Of a stretch of 64,000 nt of DNA, positions 28,878 through 37,889 are shown piece by piece (position 1 is the first letter of the stretch; every line of letters begins with the position of its first letter). This DNA is from Alphaproteobacteria bacterium (GTDB taxonomy: Bacteria > Pseudomonadota > Alphaproteobacteria > UBA828). The position numbers were made by a program, and so were the translations under genes. The stretch is from the NCBI GenBank assembly GCA_965237415.1, contig CBDEFM010000002.1:1280001-1344000 (forward strand), given 5' to 3'. The notes beneath the pieces were generated by a model that ran no database searches, was not told the DNA's origin, and was given only the letters and a program-made list of their open reading frames with translations.

Positions 28878-29645
28878 ATGAGCATTACCGTCACGGCGCG
28901 CGGCGTGGTCAAGGCGTTCGACGGCAGGCCCGTGCTGCGCGGAGTCGATCTCGATGTGCCGGGGGGGCAGTCGACCGTGCTGGTCGGCCCCTCGTCGGGC
29001 GGCAAGTCGGTCTTGCTGAAGTGCGTGCTCGGCCTGATGCCGATGGAGGGCGGCAGCGTCCGCTTCGGAGACACCGACCTCGCAAGCCTCGCCAAGAGCG
29101 AACTGGAGCAGCTGATGCGCGGCGTCGGCGTGCTGTTCCAGCAGAACGCGCTCTTCGACAGTCTCAGCGTGTGGGAGAACGTGGCCTTTACCCTGATCCA
29201 CGGCCACGGAATGGCCCACCGCGCCGCCAAGCAACGAGCCGTGGAAATCCTCGCATCGGTGGGCCTCAGGCCGGACGTTGCCGATCGTTCGCCGGCCGAG
29301 CTTTCCGGGGGCATGCAAAAGCGCGTCGCGCTGGGCCGCGCGATCGCCGCCGAGCCCCGCTTCCTCGTGCTCGACGACCCGACCGCCGGCCTCGACCCGA
29401 TCCTGACCGGCGCGATCGTCGCGCTCATTCGGGACGCCATCGAGCGGACCGGCGCGACAGCGCTCACGGTGACGAGCGACATGAGCATCGCGCGGCTGAG
29501 CTTCGACCGGCTCGCCATGCTGCACGACGGCGCGATCCTGTGGCAGGGCGCCGCCGGCGACATCGACGAGAGCGGCAACGCCTATCTGGACCAACTGATA
29601 AACCAGCGCGCCGAAGGCCCCATCCGCACGCACGCCACCACGTAA
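28878..29645 (+). CDS. MlaF/Mkl-like ABC ATP-binding protein with degenerate catalytic motifs
   Basis: LFQ..ALFDSLSV.ENVAF and LSGGMQKRV; Walker A GPSSGGKS, Walker B LVLDD, H-loop VTSD. Confidence 0.82.
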   Translation: MSITVTARGVVKAFDGRPVLRGVDLDVPGGQSTVLVGPSSGGKSVLLKCVLGLMPMEGGSVRFGDTDLASLAKSELEQLMRGVGVLFQQNALFDSLSVWENVAFTLIHGHGMAHRAAKQRAVEILASVGLRPDVADRSPAELSGGMQKRVALGRAIAAEPRFLVLDDPTAGLDPILTGAIVALIRDAIERTGATALTVTSDMSIARLSFDRLAMLHDGAILWQGAAGDIDESGNAYLDQLINQRAEGPIRTHATT

Positions 29646-29691
29646 GCGCGCGGCATCGCGATCGTGCGGCCGCAGCCGTTGCCGTGCCGCC

Positions 29692-31065
29692 TCAGGGAAT
29701 CAGGATGAAGCGGGCCCCGTCGCCCCGCCTTATGTTCAGCAGAAGCGGCGGAACGGACCCCTCGAACGCCTCCAGGATCTCGTCGGTGCTCTTCACCTCG
29801 CGGCGATTGACCTCGACGATCACGTCGCCCTCGCGAAGTCCGGCGTTCCAGGCGGGAGTATCCACCTCGACCTCGATGACGAGCACGCCTTCCACCTCTT
29901 CGTAGAGTGGAGAGGAGGGCGTAAGCGGGCCCAGCACGACGCCCTTCAACTGCGGTATCTGGCTGCCCGCGCCGAGCGCGACCTCGCTGCTCTCGCCGAC
30001 CGCAAGCTCGATCGTCATGGGCTCTCCGTCGCGTTCGATGGTGAGCCGAACCGCATCGCCCACCCGCAACAGGCCGACCTTGTTGCGAAGATCGGACGAG
30101 CCGATCACCGGCTCGCCGTTCATCTCGACGATCACGTCGCCAATCTGGAGCCCGGCCTCCTCCGCCGGCGTGCCGGGTATCACCTGGGCGACCACGGCGC
30201 CTCTCTCGTGGCTGGTTCCGAGCGCTTCGGCGAGATCGGGGATCAGGTCCTGAATTTGCACGCCGATGCGGCCACGCTGAATCTCGCCGTGGGTGAGCAG
30301 CTGATCCATGATTTGGCGTGCCATGTTGATCGGAATCGCGAAACCGATACCGATATTGCCGCCGCGCCCGCTGAAGATCGCCGTGTTGATGCCGACGAGC
30401 TCGCCCTTGAGATTGATGAGCGCACCGCCCGAATTGCCGACGTTGATGGCGGCGTCGGTCTGAATGAAGTCTTCGTACGATTCGAGGCGGAGGCCGGAGC
30501 GGCCGACGGCGCTCACGATGCCGGCGGTGATGGTCTGGCCGAGGCCGAATGGATTGCCGATGGCGACGACGTAATCGCCGATCTGCAGTTCGTCCGAATC
30601 CGCGAACGGCAGTGCGGTCAGCGAATCGGCGTCGATCTTGAGCAACGCGATGTCCGTCTCGGGGTCGGCGCCCACCACCTCGGCCTCGAACTCCCGCCGG
30701 TCGGTGAGCGCAACGGTGATCTGTTCCGCCTTGTCGATCACATGATGGTTGGTGAGCAGGTAGCCGTTCTCCGCGTCCACGATGACGCCCGACCCCATGG
30801 CACGGGGGCGCCTGGGTTGTGGGTTGGGGCGCTCACCGAAGAATCGCTCGAAGAACGGATGGTCGAAAAAGGGATGCGGTTCCTGCATCTGCGGCTGCTG
30901 CAGCTTGCCCCGTGTCGCGACGATCACCACCGCCGGCGCGCTCTCCTTCACGAGGGGCGCGAGCGAGGGCACCTCGTCCGCCGGCAGGTGCGCGTGCGCC
31001 GGGGCCGCGAGGCCCAGCGTCGCCGCGAGCAGAATGGGGGTGAGCAGAAGCAGCGGAAAGCGCAT
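29692..31065 (-). CDS. Do/DegQ family periplasmic serine protease (two PDZ domains)
   Basis: Signal peptide, LTNHHV, TDIA, IQTDAAINVGNSGG, PDZ domains. Confidence 0.93.
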   Translation of the reverse strand: MRFPLLLLTPILLAATLGLAAPAHAHLPADEVPSLAPLVKESAPAVVIVATRGKLQQPQMQEPHPFFDHPFFERFFGERPNPQPRRPRAMGSGVIVDAENGYLLTNHHVIDKAEQITVALTDRREFEAEVVGADPETDIALLKIDADSLTALPFADSDELQIGDYVVAIGNPFGLGQTITAGIVSAVGRSGLRLESYEDFIQTDAAINVGNSGGALINLKGELVGINTAIFSGRGGNIGIGFAIPINMARQIMDQLLTHGEIQRGRIGVQIQDLIPDLAEALGTSHERGAVVAQVIPGTPAEEAGLQIGDVIVEMNGEPVIGSSDLRNKVGLLRVGDAVRLTIERDGEPMTIELAVGESSEVALGAGSQIPQLKGVVLGPLTPSSPLYEEVEGVLVIEVEVDTPAWNAGLREGDVIVEVNRREVKSTDEILEAFEGSVPPLLLNIRRGDGARFILIP

Positions 31066-31217
31066 CGATCCCTCCCTTGGATCCACAGGCCCCAATGTGG
31101 CGATTATCCGGCGCAGGTCCAGCCCCAATAGACCGGAAAAGTCGCGCCGGAGGCATATCGCCCATAAAACCGTGCGGACGCGACCGTGATACGCTGAGAG
31201 CAACAGGAGGAGAGCCC

Positions 31218-32147
31218 GTGGCCAAGACAGTTCTGTTCAGCCATCCCGTGTGCGCGGACCACGACCCCGGCACGCGTCACCCTGAGTCGGGCGCAAGGCT
31301 GCGAGCGATCGAGGATGCGCTCGCCGCCGAGGCTTTCGCAGATCTCGAGCGCCGCGAGGCGCCGGTCGGCGAGCCCGAAAGCCTCGCCTGGGCGCACGAC
31401 AAGCAGCTGGTGGACGCCATTCTCGCCAACGTGCCCGACGAGGGACGGGTGGCGATCGACGCCGACACGGTCATGTCGCCGGCCTCCGGCGAAGCAGCGC
31501 GGCGTGCGGCGGGCGCGGTGACGGCTGCGGTGGACGCGGTGCTCACCGGCGAGGTGGACAACGCCTTCTGCGCGGTGCGCCCGCCCGGCCACCATGCCGA
31601 GCCGCGCCGGCCGATGGGGTTCTGCCTCTTCAACAACGTCGTGATCGGCGCCGAGCGGGCGCGGCGCGCCCACGGGCGTACGCGCATCGCCGTGGTCGAC
31701 TTCGACGTCCATCACGGCAACGGCACCCAGGCGGCGTTCGAAAGCGACGGCGATCTCTTTTTCGGCTCGACCCATCAATCGCCGCTCTACCCGGGCACGG
31801 GCGCTGCGCGCGAGACGGGCGTCGGCAACATCGTCAACGCGCCGCTTTCGGCGGGCACGGGCTCGGCCGGCTTCCGCGATGCGATGGAGAGCCGCCTGCT
31901 GCCGGCGCTCCGCACACATCGCCCGGAGCTGATCCTGATCTCGGCCGGCTTCGACGCGCACCGCGACGATCCCCTGGCGAACCTGGAGCTCGTCGAGGAG
32001 GACTACACCTGGATCACGACTGAGCTCGTCCGGCTCGCGGGCGAGCTCTGCGACGGCCATGTCGTCTCGACCCTCGAAGGCGGCTACAACCTGCGCGCCC
32101 TCGGCGCGAGCGCCGCGGCCCACGTCGAGGCGCTGATGGCGGCGTAG
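31218..32147 (+). CDS. Histone deacetylase family protein
   Basis: HPE, RPPGHHA, GFCLFNN, DFDVHHGNGT, SAGFDAH, LEGGY. Confidence 0.93.
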   Translation: MAKTVLFSHPVCADHDPGTRHPESGARLRAIEDALAAEAFADLERREAPVGEPESLAWAHDKQLVDAILANVPDEGRVAIDADTVMSPASGEAARRAAGAVTAAVDAVLTGEVDNAFCAVRPPGHHAEPRRPMGFCLFNNVVIGAERARRAHGRTRIAVVDFDVHHGNGTQAAFESDGDLFFGSTHQSPLYPGTGAARETGVGNIVNAPLSAGTGSAGFRDAMESRLLPALRTHRPELILISAGFDAHRDDPLANLELVEEDYTWITTELVRLAGELCDGHVVSTLEGGYNLRALGASAAAHVEALMAA

Positions 32148-32370
32148 CAAGCCGGCTCGTCCGATCCGCCCCGGCAGCTGCGCCGCGCAACGCGGCGCCC
32201 CGAGCGAAACCGGCATAGCGAGGATTCGCCAAGTCATTGTGTCAAATGAATGGGCTACGTGAAATTGGGTTCGTTTTGTAATTTTCCATTTTCCGTCCTC
32301 GCCTCCCTCGCCGTGCTCCCTATGTGACGGGAGCCGGAGGAGCCTAGACCGGAATTGTCGCGCGATCCCC

Positions 32371-32682
32371 CTAACCCTGGTCCAGCGCAGCGTCCTCTTC
32401 CGGCGTGACGGTCTTGAGCGCGAGCGCGTGCACGTCGGTCCGCAACTCGTCCGCCAGCGCCTTGTGGACCAGGCGCTGACGGGCGACCCGCGAGAGGCCG
32501 GCGAATTGCGCCGAGGCGATCTCGACGGTGAAGTGGCTCTCGCCCTCGGGCCGCGCGCCGGCATGGCCGGCATGGCGCGCGGAATCGTCCACGATATCGA
32601 GGCGGCTCGGCGCGAGCGCCTCGCTCAGCTTGCGCTGGATGGCGGCCTGGACCCGCCCGCCCTGCGTCATCTCACTCGCCAT
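32371..32682 (-). CDS. bolA: BolA family protein
   Basis: DDS.RHAGHAG, ESHF, F.GLSRV.RQRLV, VHAL. Confidence 0.9.
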   Translation of the reverse strand: MASEMTQGGRVQAAIQRKLSEALAPSRLDIVDDSARHAGHAGARPEGESHFTVEIASAQFAGLSRVARQRLVHKALADELRTDVHALALKTVTPEEDAALDQG

Positions 32683-32718
32683 TTGCCGTTCCGACTGCGA
32701 CCCGGCCACTCCCCCTAC

Positions 32719-32813
32719 CGTCATGCCCGGACTTGTTCCGGGCATCCATCTCGGTCACGTCCGTCGCAGCATGGGCGACCGTATGGATGGCCGGGACAAG
32801 CCCGGCCATGACG
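32719..32813. repeat. Alphaproteobacterial REP-like palindromic element, copy B
   Basis: cgtcatgcccggacttgttccgggcatcc...tggatggccgggacaagcccggccatgacg; closely matches 1375-1471. Confidence 0.85.
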
Positions 32814-32859
32814 AGGTAGGGGCATCACGCAAGATCGCACGAACTTCTCCGGCCGGCCA

Positions 32860-33165
32860 CTACAGCCTCTTTTGGAAATAGAAGCGCATGGTGTCGTCGG
32901 TGGTCTCGATCCGGCCCGAGAAGGAAGTCAGGTTGACCTCCAGCTCGGCGATCCGAAACGGCCGGCCGAGCACGCGCGCCACGGTCTCGGCGCGCACCAC
33001 GCACTCGCCCTCGGTCTCCGCCCGCACATAGGCGATCCGGTCCTCGACCGTGAACTCCTTGCCCGGATTGTCTTCCTGCAGGGCCTCGACCACGGCATCG
33101 GCAACCTCGCCGACGCGCAGCACGGGGCCGACCATGTTGTTGCGGGCCACGCCGTCACCGCTCAT
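32860..33165 (-). CDS. tmoD: Toluene monooxygenase coupling/effector protein (MmoB/DmpM family)
   Basis: N.VGP.LR, DNPGKE..VEDR.AYVR, LGRPF...ELE.NL.SF.G.I; resembles TmoD as recalled. Confidence 0.88.
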   Translation of the reverse strand: MSGDGVARNNMVGPVLRVGEVADAVVEALQEDNPGKEFTVEDRIAYVRAETEGECVVRAETVARVLGRPFRIAELEVNLTSFSGRIETTDDTMRFYFQKRL

Positions 33166-33201
33166 CGCCGTTCCTCCCGCTCCGCCCGCCGCCGTCAGCC
33201 G

Positions 33202-33537
33202 TCAGGGTTTGGCGTGCTTGGGCTCGATGCCCTCGACGTCGACATAGACGTCCTCGCCTTCGATCTTGACCGGATACTGGGCGATCTCGGCATGGCCGGG
33301 GTTCACCCCCTTGCCCGCCACCACGTCGAACTCCCAGAGATGCATCATACAGGTGAGCACACGGCCCTCCAGGTCGCCGTCCACGAGGTCGACCTCCTGA
33401 TGCGGGCACTGCGCCTGGATCGCGTGGATGCCCTCGCCCTCGACATGGACGAGGAGCACCTCGGTGCCGCCCACATCGAAGGTTTCCATGTCGCCTTCCC
33501 AGATGTCGTCCAGCGTGCAGGCCTTCTTGAACGCCAT
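33202..33537 (-). CDS. tmoC: Rieske ferredoxin of toluene monooxygenase
   Basis: CPHQ...CMMH Rieske ligands; C.LDDIWEG.M N-terminus. Confidence 0.88.
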   Translation of the reverse strand: MAFKKACTLDDIWEGDMETFDVGGTEVLLVHVEGEGIHAIQAQCPHQEVDLVDGDLEGRVLTCMMHLWEFDVVAGKGVNPGHAEIAQYPVKIEGEDVYVDVEGIEPKHAKP

Positions 33538-33574
33538 GCGTCGATCACTCCACCCTCAGCGCCGCGGGTGCGGT

Positions 33575-33844
33575 CTAGGGCTCTTCGAAATAGATGTCGA
33601 TACAGTCGTAGAAGCGGATGCCGGCCTGCTCCACTGTGAGATCGCGCGGCCAGGGCTGCGCAGAATCGTCGTCGGTGGTCGGCCGCACGCGAAGCGTCTG
33701 GCCGGGCTTGTCCGCCACGTGAAGGTCGATCGAGTGGAAGGCGCAGGTCGCCGCCACCTCGTCCATGGTCTGGGACGGATCGATCTCGACCGTCTTGATG
33801 TGCGCATCCTGCTGGAAGCGCGAGAGGATCGGGAACGCGCTCAT
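33575..33844 (-). CDS. tmoB: Toluene monooxygenase hydroxylase gamma subunit
   Basis: MSAFP....F..D....V..D...TMDEVA...A.H; position directly after the alpha subunit. Confidence 0.82.
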   Translation of the reverse strand: MSAFPILSRFQQDAHIKTVEIDPSQTMDEVAATCAFHSIDLHVADKPGQTLRVRPTTDDDSAQPWPRDLTVEQAGIRFYDCIDIYFEEP

Positions 33845-33877
33845 GCCGCTTTCAGCACCGCAATAGATGCCGCTTGG

Positions 33878-35377
33878 CTATTCCGCCGCCTGGGCCCGAA
33901 AACCCTCGATCCAGCGGTAGTCGTGGCCGTCGCGGCCGCCCTCGCTGATGACGCCGATGCCCATGTAGATGAGCACGTTGTCGAGCGTCGGCGGGTCGAT
34001 CTCGCCCGAATACATGCGGTCCACGATGGTCTCGTGGTCCTTGTAGCGCTCCGGTTCGGTATCGAAGATCCAGCGGCAGACCTCGGTGCAGAAGTTGTAG
34101 CGCCGCTCGCCGTACTCGCGCTGATAGGCGCGCGCGCCCCATTCGGGGCCCGGCCGGTGCGAGATCGGGATCTGGCACATGTTGCAGATGATCGGGATGC
34201 ACTGGGGATGCGTCTTCTCCTCGTGCCCCTGGAGCAGATTGTTGGTGATGACGTCCCAATAGCTGCCGTAGCTCTCGTTCCAGCCGGGATATTTCTCCTC
34301 GAGCCACGCGCGCTCCTTGGGCCCCACCGCGCCCGGCGGATTCCACCAGACCGTCGGCCGCCAGGACCAGATGCCGCCCTGCTGGCAGTGATGGTGGTTG
34401 TCGATGTCAGTGAGGAAGATGTCCCAGTACCACGGGCGCTCCAGGCCGAGGTCCTGCACCTGCCGCTCCCACTGATTGATCACCCACTCGTGCATGAACT
34501 CCTTGAAGGACATGTGCCGCTGCTCGAGCGGGATGTAGTAGTCCATCGGAATGCCGACGGTGATCGAGAAGAGCCGCCAGACGCGCCAGAGCGCGATGTC
34601 CATGGCCAGCTGCGCTTCCTTCTTGCGGCCGTTGCGGATCATGATCTCGATGGTGGGCGTGCCGAGCTGGGCGTGACGGGCCTCGTCCGACTGGATGCTC
34701 GTGATCAGGTTCGAGAAGGTGTGATCGCCCATGTTGGCGGCGTCGGTCGAGAGGCCGATCATCTGCAGGTTGGTGAGCGCGGTCTCGAAGGCGAAGGAGA
34801 CCATGATCGACGAGGTGACGGCGTCCCGCGTCATCATGATGTCGTCAAACGCATGACGGCCGCCGAGCACCGCCCAGTTCTTGGAATGCTGGGCCTCGTG
34901 GGCCCAGTCGTACTGGCGGTCGAGGTGGACCAGCTCGTGCGGGAAGAAGAGCTGCAGCTGGGTGTGCCGCAGCTCGTCGAGCATGCCGTAGACCGACATG
35001 TTGCGCATCGCGGGCGACGGGCCGAAGCGGGACATTCGCGCCTGGAACTGGCAGGCCTGATACTCCGTCAGCGCCACGGCGCCGTAGTGCAGCTTCAGCA
35101 CGCTGGCCCAGCCTTCGTCGGCCTGTTCGTAGAACTTGGAGCGCGCCAATGCCGCCTTCACCGAGTAGGCAGCCGAATCCTTCTCGCGCTGGATGGTCAC
35201 ATATTCGCGGTACGAGACCTTGTAAGGCTCGTCGAAGGTCTCCCACTCCTCGGTGGGGATGCCGTAGGGATCGCCCATCTCGGGCGGAAAGAGCGCCTCC
35301 CGCGACACGTAGGAGGGCGTCCAGTTGGTATCCCGCGCAATATCGTACCACTCGGAACGCTCGAGCATCGCCGACAT
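33878..35377 (-). CDS. tmoA: Soluble di-iron monooxygenase alpha subunit, toluene monooxygenase (TmoA/TouA) group
   Basis: Di-iron ligands EY, DELRH, FE, DEARH; NWTPSYV, QREKD, WLEEKYPGWN; YHS-like C-terminal region. Confidence 0.92.
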   Translation of the reverse strand: MSAMLERSEWYDIARDTNWTPSYVSREALFPPEMGDPYGIPTEEWETFDEPYKVSYREYVTIQREKDSAAYSVKAALARSKFYEQADEGWASVLKLHYGAVALTEYQACQFQARMSRFGPSPAMRNMSVYGMLDELRHTQLQLFFPHELVHLDRQYDWAHEAQHSKNWAVLGGRHAFDDIMMTRDAVTSSIMVSFAFETALTNLQMIGLSTDAANMGDHTFSNLITSIQSDEARHAQLGTPTIEIMIRNGRKKEAQLAMDIALWRVWRLFSITVGIPMDYYIPLEQRHMSFKEFMHEWVINQWERQVQDLGLERPWYWDIFLTDIDNHHHCQQGGIWSWRPTVWWNPPGAVGPKERAWLEEKYPGWNESYGSYWDVITNNLLQGHEEKTHPQCIPIICNMCQIPISHRPGPEWGARAYQREYGERRYNFCTEVCRWIFDTEPERYKDHETIVDRMYSGEIDPPTLDNVLIYMGIGVISEGGRDGHDYRWIEGFRAQAAE

Positions 35378-35574
35378 TCCGACCTCCCGTTCGCTGGTCA
35401 CAGCGGAGCACCGCGGCGCCTCGCCGCCGCCCCGGCAACGCCCGCCATTCTCATGTCATAGCACGGCCGACGCAAGCGGGAGCCCGCGTCGCCCGCGCCT
35501 GAAAGGTCGCGGGCGCGGAGAAGAGTCGCGCTGGTCCGCAGTCCGTGCCACAGGCGCGAGACGCGCAAAACGCA

Positions 35575-35783
35575 AAATTTCAAAGCGGGATTCGCCGGGA
35601 TTAAGTGGGATTAACTGGGATAAGTGGGATAAGTGGGATTCTGCGGGACGGGCGCCGGCCGACGCGGGCGGCAGCCACTCGACCGAGAAGCGCCCTCTCG
35701 CCGCAACTGTCGCGCCCTGTCCGCCCGTGTGCTGCATGCGCGATCCTGGCGCGGGCGCCGCGCGCGGTGCACCGCACCATGGT
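35575..35783 (-). repeat. Dispersed composite element, copy 2 (inverted relative to copy 1)
   Basis: Reverse complement shares both end blocks with 928-1250; GGGA boxes at 35587, 35597, 35607, 35617, 35626, 35635 and 35645. Confidence 0.85.
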
Positions 35784-35818
35784 TCGGTGAGTGGCGAGCG
35801 AACGAAGGCGGTGCCGGG

Positions 35819-36799
35819 TCAACCCATGAGGTCGAGGCAGGCGTCCACGATGTGCCGGGCGCTCATGCCGTAGCGCGCGCGAATCTTGTCGGTCGGGCCG
35901 ACGACGGCGAACTCGTCGGGCATGCCGACCATGCGCATGGACGTGGGCCGCCTGACGGCCAACAACTCCGCCACCGCACCGCCGAGACCGCCGGTCAGAT
36001 GATGCTCCTCGGCGGTCACGATGCCCCGCGTCTCCTCGGCCGCGGCGAGGATCGCGTCTTCGTCCAGCGGCTTGATCGTGGACATGTTGAGCACCCGCAC
36101 ACCCACACCCTGCTCGGCGAGTTCCGCCGCCGCATCCATGGCCTGCGCCACCAAGGCACCGCAGGCGATCACGGCCACGTCCGAGCCCTCGGCCAGGCAC
36201 GCAGCCCTGCCGAGGCTGAACGGCGCATCGACCGGCGTCACCGGGCGCTCAGGCGCGCGCCCGCCGAGGCGGAGATAGACGGGGCCGTCGATCTCGTCGG
36301 TGGCCAGCGTCGCGTGCCACGCCTCGTGGGCATCGGCCGGCACCAGCACCGTCATGTTGGGAAAACTCCGCATCAGCGCCAGGTCCTCCAGCGCATGATG
36401 AGTGCCGCCCGAGACGGCGAGCGAGACCCCGCTCGCAGCCGCCCCGATCACCACGCGTTGATTCGCATAGGCGACCTCGTTCCGCACCTGCTCCATGGAG
36501 CGCGCGGAAATGAAGGGCGCGTAGCCGCAGACGAAGGGGCGGAGCCCCGTGGTGGCGAGGCCCGCGGCCACGCCCATGGCGTTCTGCTCGGCGATGCCCA
36601 CATCGATGACGCGCTCCGGCGCGTGGTCGATGAAGCCCCGGAGCCCGATCAGGTCGAGCGTGTCGGCGGAGACCGCAACCACCCTTTCGTCCCGGCGGCC
36701 GAGCTCGGTCAGAGCAAGCCCGAAGGCGAGGCGCGATTGATTGGCCGCCGCCTTCACCCAGGCGGGCTCGGCCCCGTTGTCCTGCTGCGGCGCGCTCAT
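35819..36799 (-). CDS. Transketolase-like protein, C-terminal subunit
   Basis: DVGIAEQN, GGTHHALED, GPVYLRLG, TIKPLD, EEH...GGLG. Confidence 0.92.
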   Translation of the reverse strand: MSAPQQDNGAEPAWVKAAANQSRLAFGLALTELGRRDERVVAVSADTLDLIGLRGFIDHAPERVIDVGIAEQNAMGVAAGLATTGLRPFVCGYAPFISARSMEQVRNEVAYANQRVVIGAAASGVSLAVSGGTHHALEDLALMRSFPNMTVLVPADAHEAWHATLATDEIDGPVYLRLGGRAPERPVTPVDAPFSLGRAACLAEGSDVAVIACGALVAQAMDAAAELAEQGVGVRVLNMSTIKPLDEDAILAAAEETRGIVTAEEHHLTGGLGGAVAELLAVRRPTSMRMVGMPDEFAVVGPTDKIRARYGMSARHIVDACLDLMG

Positions 36800-37626
36800 G
36801 CCGGCCCGCCCAGCTCGGCCATGGCCTTCTCGTAGACCTCGTCGCTCACCGCATTGTTGTGCCAGAGGTAGCTGTCCTCGGCGAAGCTCGTGCCCTTGCC
36901 CTTCACCGTGTGGGCGATGAGCAGAGAGGGCTTGTCGGGCGCCTCGGGCAGCGCGTCGAGGGCATCGACGATCGCCTCCATGTCGTGCCCGTCGAGCTCG
37001 CTGACCTGCCAGCCGAAGGCCCGCCACTTGTCCGCCAGCGGCTCCAGCCCCAGCATCTCGGCGACATGGCCGCTCTGCTGCACCTTGTTGCAGTCGACGA
37101 TGGCGGTGAACGAGAGCGGCGCAAGGTGGGCGGCGGCCATCGCAGCCTCCCAGTTGGAGCCTTCCTGCAGCTCGCCGTCGCCCAGCATCACCACGGTGCG
37201 CGCGCCGGTTCCCTGCAGCCTGGCGCCAAGCGCCATGCCGAGACCGACGGAAAGGCCGTGGCCGAGGCCGCCGGTCGACATCTCGACACCGGGGACCTTG
37301 ATATCGGGATGCATGCCGAACAGCGATTCGAAGCCGTAGAAGGTATCCAGAAAACCGTCGTCCACGAAGCCGGCCTGGGCCAGCACCGCGCCGAGCGCCG
37401 TGTTGGCGTGCCCCTTGGAGAGCACGAAGCGGTCCCGCTCGGGCCAGTCCGGCTCCTCGGGCCTCAGCCTGAGATAGTGGAAATAGAGCGCTGCCAGCAG
37501 GTCGGCCGCGGAGAGCGAGCCCCCCATGTGCCCGGACCCTGCCGCCCGTAGCGCCCGCCACGTGTTACGCCGAATGTTGAGCGCCTGCTCGCGCAACCCG
37601 CGCAGCAGCGCTTCCCTGTTGCTCAC
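36796..37626 (-). CDS. Transketolase-like protein, N-terminal ThDP-binding subunit
   Basis: GH.GGSLS, DRFVLSKGH, GDGELQEGSNWE, HTVKGKG. Confidence 0.92.
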   Translation of the reverse strand: MSNREALLRGLREQALNIRRNTWRALRAAGSGHMGGSLSAADLLAALYFHYLRLRPEEPDWPERDRFVLSKGHANTALGAVLAQAGFVDDGFLDTFYGFESLFGMHPDIKVPGVEMSTGGLGHGLSVGLGMALGARLQGTGARTVVMLGDGELQEGSNWEAAMAAAHLAPLSFTAIVDCNKVQQSGHVAEMLGLEPLADKWRAFGWQVSELDGHDMEAIVDALDALPEAPDKPSLLIAHTVKGKGTSFAEDSYLWHNNAVSDEVYEKAMAELGGPA

Positions 37627-37730
37627 CGTACCGGCCTCCCGTCTGGGTCTCAACGCAGTGCGACATGGCGCGCCCACTCCCAGGCGAGCCGCCATGCGCT
37701 CTCTTTACCATGGCGGATGGAAGCAACCAC

Positions 37731-37832
37731 CCCCACCTCTCCCCGGCCCTCTCCTCCCGGTGGGAGGAGAGGGAGAGAAGGCCGGCGCGACCTGCGTTCC
37801 CCCTCCGCCCTCCGGGGACAGGGGGAGGTGGG
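37731..37832. repeat. CCCTCTCC...GGAGAGGG-type intergenic palindrome (REP-like)
   Basis: Perfect 12-bp stem ccctctcctccc-ggt-gggaggagaggg at 37747-37773 plus a degenerate second hairpin. Confidence 0.65.
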
Positions 37833-37889
37833 CCGGCTGGCCGCGCCGCACGATTTCTCTGAGGCCGCATTGGCTTTAGGCTTGCCGTC

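Noticed and set aside
23871-29905. Long antisense or alternate-frame ORFs (947 aa, 791 aa)
   Set aside because: Expected in high-GC DNA; they overlap genes with clear family motifs.
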